64,000 nt of DNA from Dissulfurispiraceae bacterium (GTDB lineage Bacteria > Nitrospirota > Thermodesulfovibrionia > Thermodesulfovibrionales > Dissulfurispiraceae), in assembly GCA_052146665.1 (NCBI GenBank), contig JBKQMP010000011.1, forward strand, positions 351 through 64,350, read 5' to 3'. Below, piece after piece: positions 1-10,303 of this stretch. Positions within the stretch are counted from its first letter, which is position 1, and each line of letters opens with the position of its first letter. The notes beneath the pieces are model-generated. The model had not been told where the DNA came from, searched no databases, and worked only from the letters and a program-made list of their open reading frames with translations. Made by a program: the position numbers and the translations under genes.

Positions 1-1023
1 AAGACTCCTGCCCCTGATGTAAGTCAGGGGTTCCACCTGCAGCAAGCCTGCATCCATCAGATACTGATAGCTTTTTATCTTTGATATGTTGGCATTGTCT
101 TTGATGAGGCCCTTTGGAGTGTTCAGGATCACTTCAAGGTTATCGAAAATCGGCTGCATCCAGGGCGTGAGCTTTTCCTCAATATCGCCGGGGAGGTACC
201 CTATGTCTCTTCCCATTGGCATGATAGGACGCGAAACGATCACCTGTTCATAGAACGATGTTTTCTTAACTATCTGTGAAGTTTGGTGGAGGCCTGCCGC
301 AAGGGCAAGGAGTGTCTTGCCGGTCCCTGCGTTTCCTGTGAGTGCAACAATTTCAATCTCATGGTCTGTAAGGGCATCCAGAGCGCACTCCTGTTCCGCG
401 TTTTTGGGGGAGATACCCATTCTTTCTTTGGCTCTTTTTACTGGCCTTAAATTGTCGGACCCGGTCATTTTATATATACTGTCGTTGGATTCCAAATACC
501 TAACAGAGGTTACGCCATTTGTGTTATCCCCGTTTGTAAGCACCCTCCCATACTTTTGGAAAAGAGATGTCTTGTCGCCCATGTAGTCCTCAACGTTGAT
601 GCCAAGCGATTCCGCCTTGATCCTCACTGCGGTGTCCTTGGAAACGAGGACTACAGAAGCCGGATCGCCCATAGGGCTTATCGGTAGCTTTTCGGCTATA
701 CTCAGAGCCGTCTTTATGATCTGGTTGTCATCTTCTCCGTTAGTGCAGGACTTTCGATGCCCATTTTCTGACGGCAAGCTGACTGCGATGGTGCCTCCGG
801 AAGGAATTCTAACGCCGGAGGAAAGCGAGCCTCCTTCTCTCAATTCGTCTATCGTTCTCAGTACCTGTCGTGCTGATGTCGCAATCTCCCCTCGCCCTTT
901 CTTGTGCCTGTCAAGTTCCTCTATGACGGTGAAAGGTACTACGATGTCATGATCACCGAACTTGAAAAGCGAAGTTGGATCATGGATCAGCACATTGGTA
1001 TCCAATACGAACGTCTTCTTCAT
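1..1023 (-). CDS. PhoH2-type protein: N-terminal PIN domain fused to a PhoH-like P-loop ATPase (N-terminal part only; the gene runs off the window edge)
   Basis: Absent from the ORF track because it has no in-window stop. My minus-strand translation from the ATG at 1023..1021 (preceded by AAGGAGAG) reads MKKTFVLDTNVLIHDP...VPFTVIEELD (PIN motifs). It continues to ALTGNAGTGKTLLALAAG (Walker A) and ...GYLPGDIEEKL...LTYIRGRSL (PhoH-like). The + strand ORFs 317-1101 are its shadows. Confidence 0.85.
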   Translation of the reverse strand, partial: MKKTFVLDTNVLIHDPTSLFKFGDHDIVVPFTVIEELDRHKKGRGEIATSARQVLRTIDELREGGSLSSGVRIPSGGTIAVSLPSENGHRKSCTNGEDDNQIIKTALSIAEKLPISPMGDPASVVLVSKDTAVRIKAESLGINVEDYMGDKTSLFQKYGRVLTNGDNTNGVTSVRYLESNDSIYKMTGSDNLRPVKRAKERMGISPKNAEQECALDALTDHEIEIVALTGNAGTGKTLLALAAGLHQTSQIVKKTSFYEQVIVSRPIMPMGRDIGYLPGDIEEKLTPWMQPIFDNLEVILNTPKGLIKDNANISKIKSYQYLMDAGLLQVEPLTYIRGRSL

Positions 1024-1281
1024 CGGCGTCTCTCCTTTAAGCTTTATTTATGGGACATTCATACGATTCTTTCCTTAGCCACTGAACCAATAAAGACATA
1101 ATCTGAGGGGAATAAGCCGGGGATACGGAGTCTGGTCTTCGTCGAATAAAAGGATTATGATACAAATCCGTTGACCTTATCAGTTCTCTCAGGACTGAGC
1201 CTTTGAGAACCGACGCACATTCTCACATCAGGCGCTAACTCTCTCTTACTGATAGAGTTCAAGAAATGCCCTTGCTCCTTC

Positions 1282-1977
1282 TCATAGGTCTACATCCGTG
1301 TAATAGCCGATGCCTCTTTTCGTTTTAATGTAGACAGGATTCGAGCTATCATCTTCAATCTGGGTACGAAGCCTCCTGATATGCACATCAACAGTTCTCG
1401 GTTCGACAAGTCCTTCATCCTTCCACACAGCGTCAAGCAGTTGCTCCCGACTGAAAACCTTTCCTCTCTTTTGAACAAGGTAGAGTAGAAGCCTAAATTC
1501 AGTGGCGCTAAGATCCAGTGTCAAACCGCGCTTAGAAACTGTGTAACTCTCCAGGTTAATGATGAGATCTTTGATGCGGATCGTGTTTTCCTTGGGAGGC
1601 TTTCCGTTAGCTCTTCTCAAAACTGCCCTAACGCGCGCCGCCAGCTCTTTAGGGCTGAAGGGTTTGGTCACGTAGTCATCGGCGCCGATTTCCAGGCCGA
1701 CAATCTTGTCAATCTCTTCTCCCTTAGCGGTGAGAATGATAACGGGTAAGCTGCGCGTTTCCGGATTATTTCTTATGATGCGGCAGATTTCCGCGCCCTG
1801 CATGCCCGGAAGCATCAGGTCAAGAATAACGAGGTCGAACTTCACGGCCTTTATCTTCTTGAGAGTTTCTTCGCCGTCTAAGGCACTCGAGACCTCGAAC
1901 CCTTCTTTCTTGAGATTATAGGAAACAAGTTCGACAATATCAGGTTCGTCATCAACTACGAGTATTTTTTTATTCAT
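1282..1977 (-). CDS. OmpR/PhoB-family response regulator (receiver domain plus winged-helix domain)
   Basis: Receiver motifs VVDDEPD, DLVILDLMLPG and DDYVTKPF. C-terminal winged helix LTATEFRLLLYL...VDVHIRRLR. No partner kinase is adjacent. Confidence 0.9.
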   Translation of the reverse strand: MNKKILVVDDEPDIVELVSYNLKKEGFEVSSALDGEETLKKIKAVKFDLVILDLMLPGMQGAEICRIIRNNPETRSLPVIILTAKGEEIDKIVGLEIGADDYVTKPFSPKELAARVRAVLRRANGKPPKENTIRIKDLIINLESYTVSKRGLTLDLSATEFRLLLYLVQKRGKVFSREQLLDAVWKDEGLVEPRTVDVHIRRLRTQIEDDSSNPVYIKTKRGIGYYTDVDL

Positions 1978-2529
1978 TAACTACATATTACATTTGATAT
2001 TCCAAGGATGCAATAGACAAACAAAGATTTAACAGACGTTTAATTTTTCTGTAACAGAAATGTAATAATGTGAGCCTCCCGAAGCATCCAAACCGACATT
2101 TTTCTCTATTTTCCTGTTGATGATAGAAAAATCTGACAGCCTTTATACCATCAGAATAGGCTTCAAAAGCCAGAAAGCTCATACGGCCTCATTATAAGAG
2201 TTACCTCCCAGCATAAAAATTTACTCAATTCCTTCATACAAGTTAGCACAAGAGGGCGAACTTGACGCCTGCTTCAAGGGTATCATTTTTTAATAACAAT
2301 GTCGCTGCAAGACGAGAATTTCATATGTATCGGCACAATGAAAATGTCATACTGAGATGTCCGAGAGTCAATGGTTAGCAAGGTATGCATCGAGTCTGCC
2401 AAAGTCCGAATATTACTCAATTGACAACAAATAGTTGCTCGGTGCCAGTTTCTAGGTGACGTTTTGAGGCCGATTCATCAAGAAAGGAGATCATAAGGAA
2501 AGGTACTACAGCCAACTGGCTGATACAAA

Positions 2530-2558
2530 TTGACATCGGTTTAATTCCCTGATATGCT
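2530..2558 (+). promoter_or_regulatory. Sigma70-like promoter candidate for the octahaem cytochrome gene
   Basis: TTGACA (2530-2535), a 17-nt spacer, then TATGCT (2553-2558), about 34 nt upstream of the ATG at 2592. Confidence 0.35.
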
Positions 2559-2591
2559 GTAGAAAATATTTGATTTTCTCTTGGAGGGGCT

Positions 2592-4109
2592 ATGGCATCG
2601 ATATTTAGATATGGCTTCACGCTCTTTGTTGTTGTCCTTTTTGCAACAGTTGCCAATGCGTCACAAAACAATAAAGAAACCAGGAAGGCACCCTTAAGTC
2701 CCCAAACAGAGGCTTGCATTGACTGTCATGAAATGGTCACTCCTGGGATCGTTCAAGATTGGCTTTCGAGCAGGCATTCAAGGACCACACCCGAAGATGC
2801 TATGAAAAAACCCGTACTCCAGCGAAGGATTTCTGCGGAGAAGGTGCCGGAGGATTTTTCCGGATACGCGGTAGGGTGTTATGAGTGTCACGGCCGGAAC
2901 CCCGAGAAGCACAGGGACAATTTCGAGCACATGGGTTTCAAGGTAAACGTCGTAGTCTCCCCCAATGATTGCAAGACCTGTCACCCTGCCGAGGCCGACC
3001 AATTCTCAGGATCCAAAAAGGCCAATGCCTTCAAAAATCTCATGGGAAACCCTGTATATCATGCGTTGGTAGATACCGTTACGGGCCTCAAGAAGGTGGA
3101 GCAGGGAAAGATCACGGCGGAAAAGCCAACGGATAACACCCTACGTGAGACATGCCTGGGATGCCATGGGACAAAGGTCGAATCAAGGGGGATGAAAAAG
3201 GTGACCACCAAGATGGGCGAGTTAATGTTCCCTGATCTTACCAACTGGCCAAGTCAGGGGGTCGGAAGGGAAAACCCCGATGGCAGCATTGGTGCATGCT
3301 CGGCATGCCACCCCAGACACAGCTTTTCGATAGAAGTCGCACGAAAGCCCCATACCTGTGCCCAATGTCATCTTGAACCAGATGTCCCTGCCTGGAATGT
3401 CTATGATGAAAGCAAGCATGGAAACACCTTTTTCTCGCTGGAGCATGAATGGGAATTTAATTCGGTTCCCTGGACGGTCGGAAAGGACTTTAAGACTCCA
3501 ACCTGTGCTGTCTGCCATAATAGCCTCATTGTTTCACCTGAAGGCAACGTGATTGCTGAACGGACACATGACTTCGGCGCGAGGCTCTGGGTCAGACTTT
3601 TCGGTCTAATCTATAGCCATGCCCAGCCTAAATCCGGCAATACAACGATCATTAAGAATAAGGACGGCCTGCCCCTTCCAACAACCTTTACGGGAGTGCC
3701 TGCCTCTGAGTATCTGATCGATAAACCAGAGCAAGAAAAGCGGCTGAACACGATGAAGGGCGTTTGCAACGGGTGCCACAACATTGACTGGACAAATGGC
3801 CATTTTGCGAAACTCGAAAGCACCATAAGAGAGACCGACGAAATGACCCTCGCCGCGACGAAACTCCAGCTAGATGCCTGGGAATCCGGAATAGAGGACA
3901 GAACAAATCCCTTTGATGAAACGATAGAAAAAATGTGGGTAAAACAATGGCTATTTTACGCCAATTCCGTAAGGTATTCTTCTGCTATGACCGGGGCACC
4001 CGATTATGCAGCCTTCAAGAACGGCTGGTGGTCTCTCAGCGAAAATCTAGATCAGATGAAGAACTGGATAGAACTGAAGAAGAAGGTCAAGGGGATAGAA
4101 GCAAAGTGA
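2592..4109 (+). CDS. Octahaem c-type cytochrome, hydroxylamine-oxidoreductase (HAO) family, paralogue 1
   Basis: GGAGGGG ribosome-binding site and a signal peptide. Eight CxxCH motifs: CIDCH, CYECH, CKTCH, CLGCH, CSACH, CAQCH, CAVCH, CNGCH. HAO-type motifs NPDGSIGACSACHPRHSFS and CAQCHLEPDVP. Confidence 0.85.
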   Translation: MASIFRYGFTLFVVVLFATVANASQNNKETRKAPLSPQTEACIDCHEMVTPGIVQDWLSSRHSRTTPEDAMKKPVLQRRISAEKVPEDFSGYAVGCYECHGRNPEKHRDNFEHMGFKVNVVVSPNDCKTCHPAEADQFSGSKKANAFKNLMGNPVYHALVDTVTGLKKVEQGKITAEKPTDNTLRETCLGCHGTKVESRGMKKVTTKMGELMFPDLTNWPSQGVGRENPDGSIGACSACHPRHSFSIEVARKPHTCAQCHLEPDVPAWNVYDESKHGNTFFSLEHEWEFNSVPWTVGKDFKTPTCAVCHNSLIVSPEGNVIAERTHDFGARLWVRLFGLIYSHAQPKSGNTTIIKNKDGLPLPTTFTGVPASEYLIDKPEQEKRLNTMKGVCNGCHNIDWTNGHFAKLESTIRETDEMTLAATKLQLDAWESGIEDRTNPFDETIEKMWVKQWLFYANSVRYSSAMTGAPDYAAFKNGWWSLSENLDQMKNWIELKKKVKGIEAK

Positions 4110-4640
4110 ATGTGATCGCGGCTAAGTCATCTGGGATAGAAGGAGATTCGGAGATCCTCGCTCAACGGGACGACAAACAAAAGCCAAAGAACATATTAAG
4201 AAAAGAGATGGAATGAATTCGGCTGTAATAAAAACCGCTAGTCCTTTAACCCCTTTCTAATGCCGTTTCTACTCTTGATTGAGTTGCGATTTCCTTAGAG
4301 CGCGGGCTTCCTGGTAAAAGATACATTCCGTGATGAAAGGGGCCGCTGAAGGCAGAAGTCGAGAAGGCCACTTTGACGGTTTCAAACGGTCACTGGCATT
4401 TTTCGCGGTCCGTAGTTTTTTGAGGATCTTTAGGATGGGCCTTCGGCACAAACATTAGGAATTTATTCACGTTCTTAAGAAAATAGCTAATGAGACGCCT
4501 TAGTCAATCCATTCGAATGCGGCATCGTCGCTTAGTCTACATTATACAGACAAATAGAAAAGGAAAATTGCAATTACTAAAATAACAACTAGAAACTGAG
4601 TGATATCACTCGCACGATACCGCAGTAAAATTGATCGCAG

Positions 4641-6335
4641 CTATGAAAGAGAAGGCTTCATGCGCAGGGCCTCATCAAGGCTCTTGTCCCTTCCGTAGAT
4701 GTCATTTCTAAAGTGAACAGTGCCACTCTCATCAACCCAGGCCGTGAGATAGAGGAAGTGAACATTCACCGGATGAGGAATCAGGACGATTTGCTTAGTA
4801 CCCATCGCTAACGCTGCCATCAATTCTTGCGGAGACCAGCGAGGGTCGTCACGTAACAGATACTCCGCGAGGTCAAGCGGTTTTTCAATGCGGGTGCACC
4901 CATGACTGAAGGTGCGCACATTCTCAGAGAACAAATTCTTGGCTGGGGTGTCATGGAGATAAACATTGTATTTATTGGGAAACATAAACTTAAGGGTCCC
5001 GAGGGCATTCAGAGGTCCCGGTTCCTGACGAAATCGATATGACAACGCCTTCTCAGTTATTTTTGACCAATCAATTTTTTCTGCATCTATTTGCTGTTCT
5101 TGAGATTTCCAGCCACTAAATACTTTAATGTTTTGTTCGGTAAGATAGTGTGGGTCTTTCTTAATCTTCTGCAGTATTTCTTTCCGAGCAATGCTGTCAG
5201 GAATATTCCACTCAGGATTGATCACAATATAGGTCATCTTGGCCGTGAATATGGGCGTACGCCGGTAAGGCTTCCCTACTACCACTTTCATAGAGAGGAT
5301 TGACTTATCGTTTTCAATGACGTCCAGCCGAAAATTTGCAATGTTGACCACAATGAAACGCTCCTCCATATTGCCCAGTATCCAGCGCAGCCGTTCCATG
5401 TTCAATTCCATTTGACGTATCCGCTGCGTCAAGGGAACATTGAGGGCATTAAGCGTGTCGCGGCCAACAACCCCATCGCTTTTGAGCCCATGGCGTTTCT
5501 GAAAGATAATTACCGACTGTTCCACTTGCTCATCAAATAAATCCCCGACCGTTGCCTCGTCGACAGACATATCTCCTGAAGCGGAAAGCCTCCTTCGCAA
5601 TTCGACAACCCTTTCCGACCTGGAGCCCTTCTTTAAGCTGGGTCCGGCTGAAACCATCGGCCACTCAGCCTTTGACGAGAGTTCCCTGTACCGCGCAAGC
5701 GCCAGCCTGAGTCTGCTGTAAATATCCTTTTGGGGGCGGAGTCCTATCAAGGCTTCCCGTATCTGTTTTTTCTTGAGCGCCTGTTCAAGAACGGAGGAAA
5801 CGTCCACCTTGAGACTCTGTGCAAACCATTCTGTTTCAATAGTCACCGGGTTTATGCACCCAGCAGACAAGTGACAACCCAGAGTGAGAAATGCATCCGT
5901 GAGGAGTATGTCGAGATCGGACAATTGATTGGAGTCAGGAGCTGATCCCTGCCCAACCTTATCCACAAGAGATCTTATGAGGCTGAGATGGTAGAAATCG
6001 GGCGACAGCCCATCGCCATATGCTTCCTCAACCGCCCTCATCAGGGCCTCAACCTGCATAAGATGTCCATTCTGGCTCCACGCAGGCAGGTAATTTCTCC
6101 CTTTATAGAAGCTTTCCACCAGAACCGGAGCGTATATCCTCTCTCCCCTGACAACTTTGCTTGAGGGGGCTTTCCATTCAATTAGCCTCTTTTTGATAAG
6201 AAGGCTCAGCCCGTCATCCTGCAGCGGAGCACCAGAACTGCTTCCAGAAGCTATGCTATTGACGCACAAAGAAACCATGACGGCAAGTAGTGCAAGAATT
6301 CCCTTGTGGATAATATTTATTCGTCTCTTGTGCAT
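4641..6335 (-). CDS. L,D-transpeptidase (YcbB/LdtD-like) with a peptidoglycan-binding domain
   Basis: Signal peptide. PG_binding_1-like segment HGLKSDGVVGRDTLNALNV. YkuD catalytic motif YLHDTP...FSHGCTRI. Confidence 0.85.
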   Translation of the reverse strand: MHKRRINIIHKGILALLAVMVSLCVNSIASGSSSGAPLQDDGLSLLIKKRLIEWKAPSSKVVRGERIYAPVLVESFYKGRNYLPAWSQNGHLMQVEALMRAVEEAYGDGLSPDFYHLSLIRSLVDKVGQGSAPDSNQLSDLDILLTDAFLTLGCHLSAGCINPVTIETEWFAQSLKVDVSSVLEQALKKKQIREALIGLRPQKDIYSRLRLALARYRELSSKAEWPMVSAGPSLKKGSRSERVVELRRRLSASGDMSVDEATVGDLFDEQVEQSVIIFQKRHGLKSDGVVGRDTLNALNVPLTQRIRQMELNMERLRWILGNMEERFIVVNIANFRLDVIENDKSILSMKVVVGKPYRRTPIFTAKMTYIVINPEWNIPDSIARKEILQKIKKDPHYLTEQNIKVFSGWKSQEQQIDAEKIDWSKITEKALSYRFRQEPGPLNALGTLKFMFPNKYNVYLHDTPAKNLFSENVRTFSHGCTRIEKPLDLAEYLLRDDPRWSPQELMAALAMGTKQIVLIPHPVNVHFLYLTAWVDESGTVHFRNDIYGRDKSLDEALRMKPSLS

Positions 6336-6776
6336 ACTTCATTTTACCAAATCCTATAAAAATTAAAATGCTACCAATCAATTGCTATTTCACATCGATG
6401 CGATGGAACATTATCTGAGTGTGAACGTCCCAGCAACATCTCAAATCTAGAGGAAGAGCCCTTTTAATATTGCAGACTGCGTACTGCTCGGGTACGCCCT
6501 GAATTTGACTCCGCTTGCCATATCGTATATTCCGATAATGTATTAAAGTGCATCGAAAAGCAAGTATTTGAGTCCAGTTTACATGCCTATACTGCAGGCT
6601 GACCCGGAGGACTAACTTAAATTTTAAGGTGGTCATTACGGATAATTGCTTGAAATATTTACGCAGAGAATTTGCTATAATCAGGTGATCACAAGTGGTA
6701 GTCGATAAAAATTTATACAGCGTGCCACAGAAAGTGGCCGTTTGCTCGACATTCAGAACGAAATAGGTTTAACGCA

Positions 6777-7640
6777 ATGACTCTACTTCAGATACTTATT
6801 CTAGCTGTGATCCAAGGGGCGGCCGAACTGCTGCCAGTATCAAGTTCCGCCCATGTGATTGTAGCAGAAAAACTGATGGGGCTCGACCCAACAAAACCCG
6901 AGATGACACTTCTTTTGGTCATGCTCCACACGGGAACGATGTTCGCGGTGATCTTTTTTTTCTGGCAATCCTGGAAGACTACTTTTTTTGCTTCACGCAA
7001 AGTTTTTTGGGACTCCGTGAAGCACATTGCTCTAGCGACACTCATGACGGCTATTGTGGGATTATCTTTGAAGGTCTTTATCGAGAACTTCTTATTACGA
7101 GGTGTGCCCCATGCCGAAATCGAGCTTCTCTTTGGGAATATGCCTTTAATCTCCGCGGCGCTTGCCGCAGTTGGCGTCTTCATCATTCTTGCCGGATGGA
7201 CAAGTCGCGGCAATCCAAGTAAGAAGGACTCCACGGATCTCAAGAGCTCTTGTTGGATCGGAGCAATACAAGGTATTTGTTTGCCTTTTCGCGGATTCTC
7301 ACGTTCTGGGGCGACCATATCAACAGGCCTTCTTTTGGGGATCGCAAAGAGAAAAGCAGAGGAATTTAGTTTTGCCCTTGCGGTGGTCCTTACGCCACCG
7401 GTAATCGTTCGTGAAGTTTGGAGATTGCTGAAGGCGCAGCATGCATCTGCGTCAGGTGTGACAAGTATGATGGGTCTCTTTTATCCAAGCCTGCTGGGAA
7501 TGGTAATGAGCTTTATTGCCGGCATATTAGCTCTTATATGGCTTTCCAGTTGGTTGGAGCGTGGCCGCTGGCATCTATTCGGCATCTATTGCCTGTGTGT
7601 CTCAGTTATCGTTTTTCTCCTGCATAGAAGCGGTCTATAG
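6777..7640 (+). CDS. uppP: Undecaprenyl-diphosphatase
   Basis: N-terminus ILAVIQGAAELLPVSSSAHV and the motif FSRSGATI. Polytopic membrane profile, 287 aa. Confidence 0.9.
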   Translation: MTLLQILILAVIQGAAELLPVSSSAHVIVAEKLMGLDPTKPEMTLLLVMLHTGTMFAVIFFFWQSWKTTFFASRKVFWDSVKHIALATLMTAIVGLSLKVFIENFLLRGVPHAEIELLFGNMPLISAALAAVGVFIILAGWTSRGNPSKKDSTDLKSSCWIGAIQGICLPFRGFSRSGATISTGLLLGIAKRKAEEFSFALAVVLTPPVIVREVWRLLKAQHASASGVTSMMGLFYPSLLGMVMSFIAGILALIWLSSWLERGRWHLFGIYCLCVSVIVFLLHRSGL

Positions 7641-8079
7641 AGAAGCACATCGAGCTTTCCCCACTTAATATTCCCTTTCTTAGTTCGTAAAAGAAGTTTT
7701 GAGAGGACAAGCTGGAAGCGCAAAAAGATCACAATCGTTCTGTCAGAATTATGTTTTAACGTTTGGATACCTACCAATTACAAATCGAGCTTAATAGCTT
7801 TATTGCTTCGCCAATGTCGAGTAGTTCAGCTATTAACAACCCTTCAAGTGATAAGAATTCTGTCCTCACTTTTTAACTGAAGTAGGCACGTAGAAGCATC
7901 TCGATCATCATGCGAGATACAAGCGATAAGATCTAAGCAACCCATTAAACACATTTTCGCAAGCCTGAGCCAAAGCCCGTTTGTTACATTTGAAAAGCCA
8001 CTAGCTATCCTCATTTATGTCACCTAATTGCAAGATCTCAGCATGCGGTTATTGATACCATAGCTGATGCCTGCTCTTT

Positions 8080-9447
8080 CTATGAGAAACACTTCCCGAA
8101 TGCCTTGAATAACCTCATCGGTCCCTTGACCCGTATATTCCTGAAAACAATTTCCTTTAGCATTGTACTGTCTTTATGCAGCGCCCTCACCCAGGCCCTG
8201 CTGTCAGCCATTATGTGTATATCAGCAACACCTTCATGCCCTTTTTTGACCGTCACGGTCCTGTTCGTAATAGTGATTGTTGCCGATTCGTGTTCCCCTC
8301 CTGTAAAAGTGAAATGATACGTTGCATCCAGCCCTTCTGACTTGTTACGTTGAAAAGCTAGTGGTATGGAACTGAGGAAAGACTCGATCGTAGGCGGCCG
8401 GACGCCGTTTCTGACGCGCTTGATTTTCTTGTGGGGGAATGCGCGCAAAACGTGACTTTCTGCATCGGAGCCTGCAAGGACGTAGACTGTCTCTTCCTTT
8501 TCCTGTAGCGGGGTAACCACGTCTTTTATATATTTTTTCCTGTCGGTGAGAAACTCGGGCAGGACCTCATCTCCTGCCGGGCAAACCGCCATGCAATAGA
8601 CCGACTTGTAGCACGGCCCGCTCGCCAAGCTCTGCCACATGGATACGGTCTCGGCATCGCTTATTTTGTTTCTATAGTCAGACGAGTTTTTGCTGTTTGT
8701 GATATTTTCGACCCAGTCGGTGAAGCCCCCGATTAATTCCCGGTAAGTGTGTGTCATGCAGTTTACAGGGTTATAATAGCCGTCAGGCTCGATTGCACCA
8801 GTGGGACATGCTGCTGAACAGAGTCTGCACCCCAGGCAGGGATTGTAATCCAACGGGGCATTATATTCGTCCATAACTGTGTCCATTAGCACAGTGTTGA
8901 GTAATACAAAACTGCCGAAGACCGGGTGTATGACGTTACGATGCAGCCCCATTCGCCCGAGCCCAGCCGCCACCGCGACTGGTTTGTGAGAAACAACGAA
9001 CATCTTTCCCAGCCATCGGTCCAGTTCCATCGGGAACCCCACAGCCGGAGCTACGGCCTTTATCCCCCTGCGCTCGAGATAAGCTGTTAATTTATGAGAC
9101 GCACCTTCGAGCTTGTCACTGACCTTATTTAGTTCAAGACTTGCGATAGAGCGAGCCGGGCTTCTGAGGTTTTCCCGATTGAGTCGTGCGACAAAGCTCA
9201 CCAATGTTTTTGTCCATGGAAACAGCTTCAGGATATCGTGTCTCTGGTCGTCGAGCTCTGGTCTGCCGATCTCGACAAAACCCACATCGTCAGCGCCGAA
9301 TTCAAGACAGATCCGTCGAATGTCTTTATTGCTGAGTCCGGACGCAACATTGTCACCCTTGTAATCCCTTTTCTTTTGATAATAGCGCTTTACCGCCGGG
9401 TGCTCATTCAGATTTTGCACGACCACCTCCGTTTGCTGTATATGCAA
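8080..9447 (-). CDS. QueG/reductive-dehalogenase-like Fe-S protein fused to a C-terminal SCP2-like domain
   Basis: Two ferredoxin-type cluster motifs: CLGCRLCSAACPTG and CMAVCPAG. The N-terminal region resembles epoxyqueuosine-reductase-type proteins. The C-terminal roughly 100 aa (ATYHFTFTGGEH...ADSRAWVRAL) looks like a sterol-carrier SCP2 fold. Confidence 0.6.
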   Translation of the reverse strand: MHIQQTEVVVQNLNEHPAVKRYYQKKRDYKGDNVASGLSNKDIRRICLEFGADDVGFVEIGRPELDDQRHDILKLFPWTKTLVSFVARLNRENLRSPARSIASLELNKVSDKLEGASHKLTAYLERRGIKAVAPAVGFPMELDRWLGKMFVVSHKPVAVAAGLGRMGLHRNVIHPVFGSFVLLNTVLMDTVMDEYNAPLDYNPCLGCRLCSAACPTGAIEPDGYYNPVNCMTHTYRELIGGFTDWVENITNSKNSSDYRNKISDAETVSMWQSLASGPCYKSVYCMAVCPAGDEVLPEFLTDRKKYIKDVVTPLQEKEETVYVLAGSDAESHVLRAFPHKKIKRVRNGVRPPTIESFLSSIPLAFQRNKSEGLDATYHFTFTGGEHESATITITNRTVTVKKGHEGVADIHIMADSRAWVRALHKDSTMLKEIVFRNIRVKGPMRLFKAFGKCFS

Positions 9448-9555
9448 CCATTAGTCGAACAAAAGTGATAATCATATAGAGGGCGCCTCCTGAGAATAGC
9501 CGATTAAGGTGTGCTCAAGGAACAAGGGAGACCTTAACCTTACAGGAAGTGTCAT

Positions 9556-9846
9556 ATGAGATTGTACATAGCTTTTGACTTACATGCAAGGATTTCGTAC
9601 CTGGCGATTATTGATGAAGCTGGCAAACGGGTTATGGATGAGAAGCTTCCTAACCTTCCTGAGATTATTCTTAATGCGTTAGGAAGTTTAAAGAGGGATC
9701 TGAAACAGATCTTATGCCCGAAACATTTAGCGGCCTTTTCTGCTAGAATGAAAAGAGTAGGTACATCTACTGTGAATGATGAACGTGCTCGTCATTTTCC
9801 ACCAGGAGACATAAATTATTATGAAGAAGTGTCCTTATTGTGCTGA
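9556..9846 (+). pseudogene. Remnant of an IS110-family transposase (only about the first 45 codons are recognisable)
   Basis: MRLYIAFDLHARISYLAIIDEAGKRVMDEKLPNLPEIILNAL matches the typical IS110 N-terminus (M.lY.GIDLH...s.v.v.De.G..v....l.N....il..L). The rest of the 96-codon ORF is unrelated, whereas a full transposase is about 340-400 aa. Confidence 0.5.
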
Positions 9847-10147
9847 AGATATTCAAGACACGGCAATAAAGTGCAGGCACTGCGGTGAGTTTCTTGACGC
9901 ATCCGCCCGCCCACTCCAGCGAGAAGACACTATCAAATGGTATTTCCGAAAAGGTTTCATCATTATCGCAGTCTGTACTGTGGGACCTCTGGCGTTGCCG
10001 CTGATCTGGTGGCGTCCTAACACGACGCGTGGCTGGAAAATAGGACTCACGATCGCGATCCTTACGCTAAGTTGGATATTGTTCCAATGGACCCTGGAAT
10101 CCATTCAAAAAATGACGGAGTATTACAAACTGCTTGACACGATGTAA
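9821..10147 (+). CDS. Small membrane protein with an N-terminal zinc-ribbon
   Basis: CPYC-x13-CRHC zinc-ribbon followed by two hydrophobic helices. AGGAGA lies upstream of the ATG. Confidence 0.55.
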   Translation: MKKCPYCAEDIQDTAIKCRHCGEFLDASARPLQREDTIKWYFRKGFIIIAVCTVGPLALPLIWWRPNTTRGWKIGLTIAILTLSWILFQWTLESIQKMTEYYKLLDTM

Positions 10148-10303
10148 CAAAAGGGAAAGAGAAGAGTCGAAAGAAAGGTTGCTTCCTGACCTTTCCAGGA
10201 AAAAGTGGACACATGATCAAATTTCATTAGAACGCCGAAACGCGTGTCAGATAGATTAGCGCCGGTTGGCCTGACCGATCAAAGATTCAGCCTGTGATTT
10301 CCG

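Noticed and set aside
317-1101. Three + strand ORFs (89, 118 and 65 aa) at the left edge
   Set aside because: They lie antisense to a continuous minus-strand frame that reads as a clear PIN-PhoH protein with a good ribosome-binding site. Their own sequences are low-complexity and motif-free, so they are shadow ORFs.
4106-4216. 36-codon ORF starting at a GTG that overlaps the HAO paralogue stop (GTGA); possible coupled small partner protein
   Set aside because: It is hydrophilic and Lys/Asp/Glu-rich, with no transmembrane segment, haem motif or convincing ribosome-binding site. It is too short to support from sequence alone.
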